A DNA stretch of 64,000 nt. Origin: an uncultured Acidobacteriota bacterium (GTDB lineage Bacteria > Acidobacteriota > Vicinamibacteria > Vicinamibacterales > 2-12-FULL-66-21). The notes beneath the pieces were generated by a model. The model worked only from the letters and a program-made list of their open reading frames with translations, was not told the origin of the DNA and ran no database searches. The stretch's first letter is position 1. Each line of letters starts with the position of its first letter. The stretch spans positions 147,624-211,623 of the forward strand of contig CAVXUR010000008.1 of NCBI GenBank assembly GCA_963764925.1. Reading direction: 5' to 3'. Both the position numbers and the translations under genes were made by a program. Positions 1 to 8,660 of this stretch are shown here, in pieces.

Positions 1-954
1 GATCAGCAGGTGGAGACCGTGCTCGGCCTTGAGCCGCCGCGCCTTCGCGCGCATCTCGAGAACGCCGATTGACGCGGTGTCGTCGATGAAGACGCGCGCC
101 TCGGCCAGCGTTCCGAGCGCGTGAGACAGGCGGCCGTAATCCTTCTCGCTCAGGAACCCACTCCTGAACCGGTGCGCGTCGATGCGAGCCTCGGAGGTGA
201 GCATGCGCATGAATAGCTGCTCTTTCGACATCTCGAGGCTGAACAGGCCGACCGTCATGTCGGTCGACGTGCCGACGTGGAGTCCGACGTTGAGCACGAA
301 GCTCGTCTTCCCCATCGACGGCCGCGCCGCGACCAGCACGAGATCGGACGGCTGGAGACCGGAGGTCATTTCATCGAGGTCGACAAAACCGGTCGGGACC
401 CCCGTGACCAGGCCCTTGTGCTGTTGCAGCTTCTCGATGGTTGCGAAGCTGCTCTGCACGAGATCGCGCAACGGGACGAAGCCGGCGCGGATGCGATCTT
501 CGGCAATGGCAAAGATCGCGCGCTCGGCCTCGTCGAGCAGCAGGTCGGGTTCCTGTTCTGCTTCGTAGGCCTCGGTGAGAATCTTGTTGGCCGAGTGAAT
601 CAGGCTTCTGAGCGTCGACTTCTCTTTGACGATCCGCGCGTAGTACTCGACGTTGGTCGAGCGCGGCACGCCGTCGGCCAATGACGCGATGTACGCCGGG
701 CCGCCGACCTCGTCGAGCTGGCCGGTACGGGACAGCTCTTCTCGCAACGTGACGAAATCGATTGGGTCGTTGCGCTCGCTGAGCGCCACCATGCTGTTGA
801 AGATGCGGCGGTGGGCGTCGCGAAAGAAATCACGCGCGTCGATGAGCTCGGCGGCGTGGTTGAAGGCTTCGTTGTGGATCAGGACCGCGCCGAGCACCGA
901 CTTCTCGGCATCAAGACTGTGGGGAAGCGTGCGCTCGGCGGCAACGTCTGGCAT
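1..954 (-). CDS. dnaB: replicative DNA helicase DnaB (N-terminal ~318 codons; 3' end lies beyond the window start)
   Basis: Hand translation of the minus strand from ATG at 954-952 gives MPDVAAERTLPHSLDAEKSVLGAVLIHNEAF...GVPTGFVDLDEMTSGLQPSDLVLVAARPSMGKTSF (Walker A)...SLEMSKEQL. It is absent from the ORF track because it is open at the window edge. It sits downstream of rplI, as in the classical rpsF-rpsR-rplI-dnaB arrangement. Confidence 0.93.
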   Translation of the reverse strand, partial: MPDVAAERTLPHSLDAEKSVLGAVLIHNEAFNHAAELIDARDFFRDAHRRIFNSMVALSERNDPIDFVTLREELSRTGQLDEVGGPAYIASLADGVPRSTNVEYYARIVKEKSTLRSLIHSANKILTEAYEAEQEPDLLLDEAERAIFAIAEDRIRAGFVPLRDLVQSSFATIEKLQQHKGLVTGVPTGFVDLDEMTSGLQPSDLVLVAARPSMGKTSFVLNVGLHVGTSTDMTVGLFSLEMSKEQLFMRMLTSEARIDAHRFRSGFLSEKDYGRLSHALGTLAEARVFIDDTASIGVLEMRAKARRLKAEHGLHLLI

Positions 955-1052
955 CTGAGGGGTCGGCGCAAGAATACCAGATCCGTCGCGCCGGGTGATC
1001 GACCAACCACTCGGTCGATCACCCGATTCGATTCGTTCGAGTTGGAAGCGCG

Positions 1053-1502
1053 TCAGCGCTGCGCGGCGACGATGGTCACCTTCACCTGCGAGGTCACCTC
1101 GCGATGCACCTTCACCGGTACCGTGACCTCACCCAGAGCCTTCAGCGGCTCCGGCAGATGAATCTTGCGCTTCTCGACCTCGAAACCTTTCGCGGCGAGC
1201 GCCTGCGCGATATCGGCCGAAGTGACCGAGCCATAGAGCGTGTTGTTCTCGCCGACGCGCCGGGCGATCTCGACTTCGGTCTGCGACAGGCGCTGCCCGA
1301 AGGCCTCGGCCTGGGACTTCTCCTCGAGCTCGCGCGCTTCGGCCGCCGCTCGTTCGCGTTCGATCTGCTTCTTGTTCGCCTCGTTGACGACGAGCGCTAT
1401 TTTTCGCGGCAGCAGATAGTTGCGCGCGTAGCCGTTCGCGACCTTCACGACCTCGCCGCGCCGGCCGAGGTTATCGACGTGTTCTCTGAGAATGACTTCC
1501 AT
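1053..1502 (-). CDS. rplI: 50S ribosomal protein L9
   Basis: ORF 1053..1502 reads MEVILREHVDNLGRRGEVVKVANGYARNYLLPRKIA..., a typical L9 N-terminus. It lies in ribosomal synteny. Confidence 0.95.
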   Translation of the reverse strand: MEVILREHVDNLGRRGEVVKVANGYARNYLLPRKIALVVNEANKKQIERERAAAEARELEEKSQAEAFGQRLSQTEVEIARRVGENNTLYGSVTSADIAQALAAKGFEVEKRKIHLPEPLKALGEVTVPVKVHREVTSQVKVTIVAAQR

Positions 1503-1517
1503 TGTGCGTCCTCTGTG

Positions 1518-1622
1518 CAGCTCTCAGCTATCAGCTCTCAGCTATCAGCTCAGAGCATTCAGAGCCTAGCCGCTCGGCTGCGTGGTGAGAGGTTTAGCTG
1601 ACAGCTGAAAGCTGTCAGCTGA
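1518..1622. repeat. heptamer-periodic inverted repeat (AGCTNTC)n ... (GCTGANA)n, copy 1
   Basis: The left arm is cagctctcagctatcagctctcagctatcagctcagagc (1518-1556) and the right arm is agctgacagctgaaagctgtcagctga (1596-1622). It lies between the rpsR stop and the rplI start. Confidence 0.85.
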
Positions 1623-1625
1623 TTG

Positions 1626-1931
1626 TCAATCTGTCACATACGGTACGAGCGCCAGCTGCCGCGCGCGCTTGATCGCGGTCTGGAGCTTGCGCTGGTGCAG
1701 GGCGCACGTTCCGGAAATCCGGCGCGGCTGAATCTTGCCTCGTTCAGGCAGGAACGGCGCCAGCAGCCGGACGTCCTTGTAGTTGATGTAGTCGATCTTC
1801 TCCGCGCAGAACTTGCACACCCGCCGGCGCCGGAAGAATCCGCCGCCACGGCGCGGGCCGTCCTTGTTCTTGTCCTTGTCGCCGCCTTTGCCGCCGCGAC
1901 CGCGTCCGCCTCCGCCACGTTCTTCGCTCAT
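1626..1931 (-). CDS. rpsR: 30S ribosomal protein S18
   Basis: ORF contains ...[60 protein letters not shown]. It overlaps the rpsF stop by 4 nt. Confidence 0.95.
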   Translation of the reverse strand: MSEERGGGGRGRGGKGGDKDKNKDGPRRGGGFFRRRRVCKFCAEKIDYINYKDVRLLAPFLPERGKIQPRRISGTCALHQRKLQTAIKRARQLALVPYVTD

Positions 1932-2389
1932 CGCTGGACCTCCATGCCGTCGCGATCGTCATCCATGTCCTGGTCGCCGCGCTTCTCACCCGGTGCCGGC
2001 TCCGGCGGCAGCCCGCGCGCAACCCGGCGCCGCGCCTGGTTGGCCTTGCGCGCGTCGCGCGTCCGATCGGCCACGCGAATCTCCTCGTCGACGCGGACGA
2101 CCAGATGCCGGATGACCTGGTCGGTCACGCGCAGCCGGCGATCGATCTCCTTCATCACGTCGCCTGACGTGCTGCTGATCGTCTCGACGACGTAGGTGGC
2201 TTCACGGTGATGCCCGATCTCGTAGGCAAGCTTCCGCCGGCCCCAGTTCTCGGTCTTGTCGAGGACGGCATTGGTGCTGCCAAACCGCTGGACGATCTGC
2301 TCGATCTGCGTGTGCAGATCGGCGACCTCCTGGTCCGACGCATCGGGTGTGATGAGGTAGACGAGCTCGTACTGTCTGCTTGCGCTCAT
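1928..2389 (-). CDS. rpsF: 30S ribosomal protein S6 (with an acidic/basic C-terminal extension)
   Basis: ORF reads [37 protein letters not shown]...[10 protein letters not shown]. It sits directly upstream of rpsR. Confidence 0.92.
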   Translation of the reverse strand: MSASRQYELVYLITPDASDQEVADLHTQIEQIVQRFGSTNAVLDKTENWGRRKLAYEIGHHREATYVVETISSTSGDVMKEIDRRLRVTDQVIRHLVVRVDEEIRVADRTRDARKANQARRRVARGLPPEPAPGEKRGDQDMDDDRDGMEVQR

Positions 2390-2422
2390 TGACTCTCCTT
2401 GTGGACTGATGGCTACCTTCGT

Positions 2423-2484
2423 AGCTATCAGCTCTCAGCGATCAGCTCTCAGCGGTTGCTGAAAGCTGACAGCTGAAAGCTGAC
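2423..2484. repeat. heptamer-periodic inverted repeat (AGCTNTC)n, copy 2, a tight hairpin
   Basis: The sequence is agctatcagctctcagcgatcagctctcagc, then a ggtt loop, then gctgaaagctgacagctgaaagctgac. It lies 40 nt downstream of the pth stop and upstream of the rpsF start. Confidence 0.88.
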
Positions 2485-2524
2485 GCTTCGGTAGCAAGGA
2501 GAAAACGAATGGTCTTCGTAGCTT

Positions 2525-3127
2525 CTAGCTTCTGTCTTCTTCCTTCTGACTTCTGTCTTCTTCCCTGTCTTCCCGCCGATTGAACCGATTCATCATCGGT
2601 TCGATGCCCTCGCTGACGAACACTTCGGCGGCATCAGCCGCCCGCGAAATCGCCTCGGACACGACCGCCTGCTCGTCGCGGTCGAACGTCGCGAGCACGT
2701 GATCGGCCAGGTCCCGTCGCCCGTCACCCCGGCCGACGCCGAACCGCAGCCGCGGGAACTGGTCGGTCCCCAGCTGCTCGATAAGCGACCTCAGCCCGTT
2801 GTGCCCCCCAGCCGACCCACTGCCTCGGGTCCGGAGGCGTCCCAACTCGAGCTGCACTTCGTCGACGATCACCAGCAGGTCGGCGATCTCGACCTTGAAG
2901 TACCGGAGCAGGTCGCCGACCGCAAAGCCGCTGAGGTTCATGAACGTCAGCGGCTTGACCACGAGCGTGCCAGCGCTTCGCCACTTGGCCATCAGCGCCT
3001 CGGCCGGTGCCGATTCCCACTGCAGCCCGTGCCGCTCGGCCAGAACATCGACAACGTCGAATCCGACGTTGTGCCGGGTGCCCGCGTACTTCCGACCCGG
3101 GTTCCCCAGTCCAACGACGAGCTTCAT
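2525..3127 (-). CDS. pth: peptidyl-tRNA hydrolase
   Basis: The conserved start MKLVVGLGNPGRKYAGTRHNVGF begins at ATG 3127. The 58 upstream codons of ORF 2525..3301 are Arg/Gly-rich shadow overlapping rplY, so they were trimmed. The C-terminal tail REEDRSQKEEDRS is encoded by a short tandem repeat. Confidence 0.9.
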   Translation of the reverse strand: MKLVVGLGNPGRKYAGTRHNVGFDVVDVLAERHGLQWESAPAEALMAKWRSAGTLVVKPLTFMNLSGFAVGDLLRYFKVEIADLLVIVDEVQLELGRLRTRGSGSAGGHNGLRSLIEQLGTDQFPRLRFGVGRGDGRRDLADHVLATFDRDEQAVVSEAISRAADAAEVFVSEGIEPMMNRFNRREDREEDRSQKEEDRS

Positions 3128-3132
3128 CGTTG

Positions 3133-3816
3133 CTATTCCGCGTCCTTCTCCTTGTCCGCCTTGCCCTTCTTGATGACTTCGGGCTCGGCGGGCGCCGCAC
3201 CTGGGGCCGCCGCAACCGCGTCGGCCGCCGGCGCCTCTTCCTCGACCTTCAGCGTCACGACGTGCACGATCATCATGTCGGCGTCGCTGACCGCGGTCCA
3301 CTTCACGCCTTCGGTGGGAAGGTCCCTGACCCGCACGCCCTGATTGAGCATCAGCTCGCTGACGTCGACGGTGATGTTCTCGGGAATGTCGCCCGGCAGC
3401 ACTTCGATCTCGACCTCGCGATTCACGAAGTCGACGATGCCACCCTGCTGCTTGACGCCCTTGGCCTCGCCCTTGAGGACGACCGGAACCGTGACGGTCA
3501 GCATCTTGTCCATCGCGACCTGATAGAAGTCGGCATGGAGCAGCTTGTGGTCGATCGGGTCGAGCTGATACTCCTTGACCAGCACCCGCGTGTCGCGGCC
3601 GGCGTCGGATAACCCCTCGAGACCGATGAGCGTGTTGACGCCCGATTCCGAGTGCAGGATCTTCAGCAGCGCCTTCGGATCGACAGCGATCTCGAACGCC
3701 TTCCCTTTCTCGGCGCCGTAGAGCACGGCCGGGATGCGTCCGCTCGCGCGCAGGCGGCGCGCCTCGTTCTTGCCTCGGGTCTCACGCTTCTCGAACTTCA
3801 GTGTTGCAGCGGCCAT
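3133..3816 (-). CDS. rplY: 50S ribosomal protein L25 / general stress protein Ctc
   Basis: ORF reads MAAATLKFEKRETRGKNEARRLRASGRIPAVLYG..., a long Ctc-type form with an Ala/Pro/Lys tail. It shows the pth-ctc-prs synteny. Confidence 0.9.
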   Translation of the reverse strand: MAAATLKFEKRETRGKNEARRLRASGRIPAVLYGAEKGKAFEIAVDPKALLKILHSESGVNTLIGLEGLSDAGRDTRVLVKEYQLDPIDHKLLHADFYQVAMDKMLTVTVPVVLKGEAKGVKQQGGIVDFVNREVEIEVLPGDIPENITVDVSELMLNQGVRVRDLPTEGVKWTAVSDADMMIVHVVTLKVEEEAPAADAVAAAPGAAPAEPEVIKKGKADKEKDAE

Positions 3817-3820
3817 AAAC

Positions 3821-3943
3821 CAGCTCTCAGCTTTCAGCTATCAGCTTTCAGCTCTCAACGAGCCCAAAGCCTACGTTGTTTCAGAACCCGCCATCCTGCC
3901 CGTGCGCTTCAGGCTGACAGCTGAGAGCTGACAGCTGAGAGCT
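3821..3943. repeat. heptamer-periodic inverted repeat (AGCTNTC)n, copy 3
   Basis: The left arm is cagctctcagctttcagctatcagctttcagctctca (3821-3857) and the right arm is gctgacagctgagagctgacagctgagagct (3913-3943). It lies between the prs stop (3948) and the rplY start (3816). Confidence 0.85.
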
Positions 3944-3947
3944 TCTG

Positions 3948-4895
3948 TTACACGAACAGCGAAGAAACCGACGTCTCCTCGTTGATACTCCGAATCGCCT
4001 GCCCCAGCAGGCGCGCCACCGACAGCTGGCGGATCTTCGAGCAGCTGCGCGCGCGATCCGAATGCAGCGGGATCGTGTTCGTGATCACCACCTGCTCGAT
4101 CGGCGCCGACTCCAGCCGCTCGACGGCCGGCCCGGAGAGCACGCCGTGCACGGCGCACGCGATCACCCGCTCGGCGCCATTCGCCTTGAGCGCGTTCGCC
4201 GCCTTGACGATCGTCCCCGCAGTGTCGATGATGTCGTCCTGGATGATGCAGGTCCGACCGGCCACATCACCGATCACGTTCATCACTTCTGCCGTCCCAT
4301 CGTCGCTACGGCGCTTGTCGATGATGGCGAGTTCCGCATCAAGACGCTTCGCGTAGGCACGGGCGCGCTCGGCGCCCCCGGCATCCGGCGAGACGATCGT
4401 GAGGTCGGGCATCCCGAGCCTCGCGCAGTACTCGATGATCACCGGCGCGGCAAAGAGGTGATCGACCGGAATATCGAAAAAGCCCTGGATCTGCGCCTTG
4501 TGCAGATCCATCGTCAGCACGCGGTTCGCGCCGGCGGCGCTCAGCAGATTCGCGACCAGCTTGGCCGAAATCGGCACCCGCGGCTTGTCCTTCCGATCCT
4601 GACGCGCGTAGCCGTAATACGGGATGACTGCCGTGATCCGCGACGCCGACGAGCGCCGGAACGCGTCCATCATCACGCACAATTCGACCAGGTGCTCGTC
4701 AACCGGCGCACAGGTCGGCTGCACGACGAAGACATCGGTGCCTCGAATGTTCTCGTCGATCTGGAACGAGACTTCCGTGTCCGGAAAACGCAGCAGCCTG
4801 GCCTGCCCCAGCTGGACGCCGAGGAACTCGCCAATCTCGGCGGCGAGCGCCCGGTGCGCGCTGCCCGAAAACAGTTTCAGCTGCCCGCGACTCAT
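3948..4895 (-). CDS. prs: ribose-phosphate pyrophosphokinase
   Basis: The protein MSRGQLKLFSGSAHRALAAEIGEFLG...DLHKAQIQGFFDIPVDHL...ends SVSSLFV. The start was set at ATG 4895 because the upstream part of ORF 3948..5012 runs antisense through the tRNA-Gln gene. Confidence 0.93.
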   Translation of the reverse strand: MSRGQLKLFSGSAHRALAAEIGEFLGVQLGQARLLRFPDTEVSFQIDENIRGTDVFVVQPTCAPVDEHLVELCVMMDAFRRSSASRITAVIPYYGYARQDRKDKPRVPISAKLVANLLSAAGANRVLTMDLHKAQIQGFFDIPVDHLFAAPVIIEYCARLGMPDLTIVSPDAGGAERARAYAKRLDAELAIIDKRRSDDGTAEVMNVIGDVAGRTCIIQDDIIDTAGTIVKAANALKANGAERVIACAVHGVLSGPAVERLESAPIEQVVITNTIPLHSDRARSCSKIRQLSVARLLGQAIRSINEETSVSSLFV

Positions 4896-4921
4896 ACCGT
4901 CGGCCTCGCGTGACTCAGGAC

Positions 4922-4996
4922 TGGTTGGGGCGGGAGGATTCGAACCTCCGAATACGGGATCCAAAGTCCCGCGCCTTACCGCTTGGCCACGCCCCA
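4922..4996 (-). tRNA. tRNA-Gln (anticodon UUG)
   Basis: The minus-strand sequence is TGGGGCGTGGCCAAGCGGTAAGGCGCGGGACTTTGGATCCCGTATTCGGAGGTTCGAATCCTCCCGCCCCAACCA. It has a 7-bp acceptor stem and an anticodon stem CGGGA/TCCCG with loop CTTTGGA. The T-arm is GGAGG-TTCGAAT-CCTCC and the CCA is encoded. The overall sequence resembles enterobacterial tRNA-Gln. Confidence 0.9.
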
Positions 4997-5147
4997 TCGG
5001 CCGGACGTCCACGGGAACTCCACAGTTGCTTTGCTTGCGACGGGCGCCGCCGAAGGCGCTCGCGTGCTTCAGCCTGGGCCTTGGGCGGGCGCTCGTGACA
5101 CGCCGCTCCTCAGGCGCGTCCCGCAGCCTGTCCGCAAAGGGCTAAGT

Positions 5148-6053
5148 TTATACTGAACGCGATTTAGTGGCAACCGGACGAGCCCGGCGCTCGTGCTCGG
5201 CGTGGCTCAGCGTGCGGGTCAACCGCGCTCTGGCCCCGGAACGCGACACGGGCTTGAGCGCTCGGGACGCCGCGGCCTGCGTGCGAAACAGCCCAAAGAC
5301 GGCCGAGCCGCTACCCGACATCGCAGCGGCCACGGCGCCAGCTTCTCTCAGCACCGTTTTGAGCGCGCCAATCTCGGGGTGCCGCCGGACGACCGGCGGT
5401 TCGAGGTCGTTGATCATCTGAGCCGCTCGAGTCGGCCACGGCACTGGCAACATCTGCGGCTCGCGCGGCTCGCGCAGGCCCGCGGCCCGGTCCTCGTCGT
5501 ACCACGCGTACACCTCGGCGGTGGAAATGCCGTAGCGCGGCTGCACAATCACAATCCAGTGGGTCGGCAAGTCGACGAGGGGATAGATTTCCTCACCACG
5601 CCCCAGCCCGAGCGCCGTGCCACCCGACAGAAAGTACGGCACGTCCGCACCGATGGTGCCGGCGACGTCGCGGAGGAGCGGCAGCGGCACCCCACCCCAG
5701 ACACGCGACAGGCCCAGCAGTGCTGCCGCGGCATCCGCGCTGCCGCCGCCGAGCCCGGCTTGCATCGGTATCTCTTTCCGGAGAGAGATCGAAAGATCCG
5801 TTGGCGTGCCGGCACGGCCAATAGCGGTCCACAATGCAGACGCGGCCCGCCAGACGAGGTTCGATTCGTCGAGCGGAACGCCCGACTTCCGGCACTTCAG
5901 CGCGAAGGGCCCGGGTCTCGCGATACAGAGCAATGTGTCGTGCAGCGCGATCGACTGAAAGACCGTGCGCAGCTCGTGATAGCCGTCGGCCCTGGTTCCA
6001 AGCACCCGAAGATCGAGGTTGACCTTGGCGTGCGCCCGAGCGAGCACGCGCAT
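5148..6053 (-). CDS. ispE: 4-diphosphocytidyl-2-C-methyl-D-erythritol kinase
   Basis: The protein reads MRVLARAHAKVNLDLRVLGTRADGYHEL...IPMQAGLGGGSADAAAALLGL (GHMP kinase motif). An alternative upstream start at 6125 is less likely. It shows the lolB-ispE-prs synteny. Confidence 0.9.
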   Translation of the reverse strand: MRVLARAHAKVNLDLRVLGTRADGYHELRTVFQSIALHDTLLCIARPGPFALKCRKSGVPLDESNLVWRAASALWTAIGRAGTPTDLSISLRKEIPMQAGLGGGSADAAAALLGLSRVWGGVPLPLLRDVAGTIGADVPYFLSGGTALGLGRGEEIYPLVDLPTHWIVIVQPRYGISTAEVYAWYDEDRAAGLREPREPQMLPVPWPTRAAQMINDLEPPVVRRHPEIGALKTVLREAGAVAAAMSGSGSAVFGLFRTQAAASRALKPVSRSGARARLTRTLSHAEHERRARPVATKSRSV

Positions 6054-6069
6054 GCGTTTGAAGGAGGCG

Positions 6070-6906
6070 TTACCGGCCAAGAGGCCCCGCGCGTCGCAGC
6101 TCGTCGAGCGTGATGGGAACCGCATCCGCCGGGATGTCGACGGCGAACGCCGCAGGATCGATCGGCTGATTGACCTCCACCTGCGACAGTCGAATCGTCA
6201 GATCGGTGTTTGCCTGAGCCTGCCCGCCGCGAGTGACGTCGGCGAGCGCACGCAGGCGGATCGTTGCCGGACGGCCAGCGACAAAATCGCTGTATCGCAC
6301 CTCGAGCGGACCTGCCGCACTCGTCGTGGTAGCGCGCGTGGCCACTGTCAGGCGCCATTCACCTTCGATTTGCTGCAACCACATCGTGCCACGATCGGCA
6401 TAGATCGCCGCCCAGCCACCTGAGAACATCCGCGCGCGTGTGACCGTCCCCATCGTCAAACCGCAGCCGGCGACGATGGTCCGCAAGTCATCCGGACCGA
6501 CGGACACGCCGGCGAGCGCTTCGAGCGTCTCGGCGGGTGGCGCATCCCTCAGGACTCGCCCGTCGCGCGGCAGAAGGAGCGTGGCTGCCGTGCCGTTAGC
6601 CACGAGCGTGAAGAACGGTTTGCCCGGCGCGGGAAGCTCGAGACGAACGCGCGAGGGCGCCTCGAAGCCGGCGTCGAGCTTGGCCCGCAGACGCTGACGG
6701 AAGGCGTTGCCGGAAATCGACAGGATCGCCACAAGGCTGCGCACCGACGAGCAGGCAGCAGTCGCGCCCTCGTAGGCGGGCGCGTAATCGGGAAACTCCG
6801 TGCCGTCCCCGGACGGGAGCGCGACGATTCGTGGCGCGCAGGAAGCCCCGGAAGAAACAATGACGAGGCTGAGGACTGCAGGGAGCAGGCGGATGCCGCG
6901 ACTCAC
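6070..6906 (-). CDS. LolB-like / DUF4292-like outer-membrane lipoprotein (function inferred mainly from synteny)
   Basis: The in-frame GTG at 6906 gives (M)SRGIRLLPAVLSLVIVSSGASC, a lipoprotein-type signal ending in Cys. The gene sits immediately upstream of ispE-prs, as lolB does in E. coli. The GTGA overlaps the TPR gene stop. Confidence 0.55.
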   Translation of the reverse strand: MSRGIRLLPAVLSLVIVSSGASCAPRIVALPSGDGTEFPDYAPAYEGATAACSSVRSLVAILSISGNAFRQRLRAKLDAGFEAPSRVRLELPAPGKPFFTLVANGTAATLLLPRDGRVLRDAPPAETLEALAGVSVGPDDLRTIVAGCGLTMGTVTRARMFSGGWAAIYADRGTMWLQQIEGEWRLTVATRATTTSAAGPLEVRYSDFVAGRPATIRLRALADVTRGGQAQANTDLTIRLSQVEVNQPIDPAAFAVDIPADAVPITLDELRRAGPLGR

Positions 6907-8337
6907 ATCCGGCCTCGGGCCTCGCGAATCTTGCCCTCGATTTTTGCGCGATCGATTGACTGACCGTCCCCGACGAGCGCCCGCTCCCAGGCCGCGGCGG
7001 CGTCGGCAAACCGGCGCTGCTTGAATCGCAGGTCGCCCAGGTGGTCCTGCACGACTGAACTGTCTTTCAGTTTGTCGGCCGCTTCTGTCAGCGCCGGGTC
7101 GGCCAGATCGATCTGGCCCTGCTGGAAATAGGCCCAACCCAGGCTGTCGAGATACGAGGGGTTGCCCGGCTCGATCTTGAGGGCGCGCTGCACGAGCGTG
7201 ATCGCTTCATCGAGACGCTCGCCACGCTCAGCAAACATGTAACCGAGCGAATTGAGCGCGTTGGCATCGAGAGGATCGCGGGCGATCAGGTCCCTGAGCG
7301 TCTTCTCGGCGCCCTTGACGTCGCCCTTGTCCTGAAGGATGAGCGACAGCACATGAAGCCCGCGAACGTCCTCGGGGTCGGCCGCGATGAGCTTTTCAGC
7401 CGTGGCCTTCGCCGCATCGAGATCCTTGGTCACTCGCTGACTCTCGGCGAGCAGGTACAGCAGAATCGGGTCCTTGCTGTCGGCCCGGCCCGAGGTAATC
7501 GTCGCCAGCAGGAGGTCGCGCGACTCCGCCGCTCGTCCGGCAGACAAGAGCGCAACCGCTCGGCGCCTGGCGACCATCGGCGCGCGAGGATTCAACTCCT
7601 GCGCCCGGGCAAGCGCGTTGGCCGCTTCGTTCCACTGCTCGTCCTGCTCGTAGACTTCGGCCAGGCGCATCTGGGCCCTGAACGACTCGGGATTCTCCTG
7701 AAGCGCGCGCTCCAGCGTCTCGACGGCCTGCGCTGACTGACCCGCTCCTTGCTGAGCCGTCGCCAGCAGGATGGCGGCGTCGACGAGCGCGGGCTGACGC
7801 TCGACGACCCGGGCGAGGACCGGCACAGCCTTGTCGAAGGCTCCCGTTTGCAGAGTACAAGCGGCCGAGGACGAGGTCGAGTCCGATATCGAATCCGTCG
7901 CCCCTGGCTTTCTCGAGGGCGGCAATCGCGCGGGCCGGATACGTGGCCGGATCCTCACCCTTGCGCATCGCGAGGCGACGCTCGGCATAAGCGGCGTAGA
8001 CGGTCCCGAGAATCCGGTTCGCCTCTTGATTAGCCGGATCACGCGCGAGTGCGGCCTCGGCATTCGCGACCGCCTCGAGGGCATTGTCCTGCCGGGCGTA
8101 CAGCCCGGCGAGCTCGGCGCGAAGTTCGGCCGACCCCGAGTCGAGGGCGATCGCTCGCTCGTAGGCCTTGATCGCCTCGTCGACGCGCCCGATACTCTCG
8201 AGGTGCCTGGCCAGCAGGAACTGATAACCGGCGCTGTCGCGCTCGGCGGGGGTCTGGCCGGACTGCGCCGCACGCGCGGGAGCGACTGTCGACACGAGCA
8301 ACGCCCAGAACAGAACCAAGAGCACTAAAGGCCGCAT
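6903..8337 (-). CDS. tetratricopeptide-repeat protein with signal peptide (one frame disruption near 7855)
   Basis: ORF 7396..8337 (MRPLVLLVLFWALLVSTVAPARAAQ...GLDLVLGRLY) and ORF 6903..8273 (LQTGAFDKAVPVLARVVERQ...) join if one extra T in cgcttgtacTctgcaa is ignored. TPR-like repeats run throughout. Confidence 0.8.
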
Positions 8338-8458
8338 CTACATGACTATAATGACGTCAGCCGGCCCGGTGACGCAAACGGCTTCTGGTATAGTGCAACC
8401 GCGACGACGCACGGCGAAAGCGCGGGCCCGCGAGCACGCGAGCAATTGAGAGAGGTTT

Positions 8459-8629
8459 ATGCCCGTCGATCCCGAACTGCTCGAAATACTGGCCTGCCCC
8501 AACTGCAAGACGAAGGTAGAACTCGTCAAGAACGGCACCGCGCTCAAGTGCGGCGAGTGCAAGCGCGTCTACCCGATCAAGGACGATATTCCGGTCATGC
8601 TGCTGGACGAAGCGACCGTCGAACCCTGA
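8459..8629 (+). CDS. Trm112/YcaR-family small zinc-ribbon protein (56 aa)
   Basis: Hand translation gives MPVDPELLEILACPNCKTKVELVKNGTALKCGECKRVYPIKDDIPVMLLDEATVEP, with a CPxC...CxxC ribbon plus the DIPVML motif. A GAGAGG Shine-Dalgarno lies 5 nt upstream. It is too short for the ORF track. Confidence 0.78.
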   Translation: MPVDPELLEILACPNCKTKVELVKNGTALKCGECKRVYPIKDDIPVMLLDEATVEP

Positions 8630-8660
8630 CCCGAGCCGACGCCAGGCGCGCGGCAGACCC

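Noticed and set aside
182-1161. Plus-strand ORFs 182..568, 277..684, 653..958 and 811..1161, and minus ORF 600..833
   Set aside because: All overlap the clearly conserved minus-strand dnaB frame, which the ORF track omits because it is open at the window edge. Their translations have no recognisable features.
3128-3301. A 58-codon N-terminal extension of pth, and ORF 2724..3215
   Set aside because: The sequence is Arg/Gly-rich and non-conserved, and it overlaps the 3' end of rplY. The canonical Pth N-terminus MKLVVGLGNPG starts at 3127.
4896-5012. A 39-codon N-terminal extension of prs (ORF 3948..5012)
   Set aside because: The extension (…GTLDPVFGGSNPPAPT…) is the antisense reading of the tRNA-Gln gene. 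The conserved Prs sequence starts at MSRGQLKLFSG (4895).
6054-6125. A longer ispE start at 6125 (MRFPSRSTSCDARG...)
   Set aside because: The extension overlaps the end of the upstream lipoprotein gene and is not conserved-looking. MRVLARAHAKVNLDL at 6053 matches the usual IspE N-terminus. This is kept as an alternative only.
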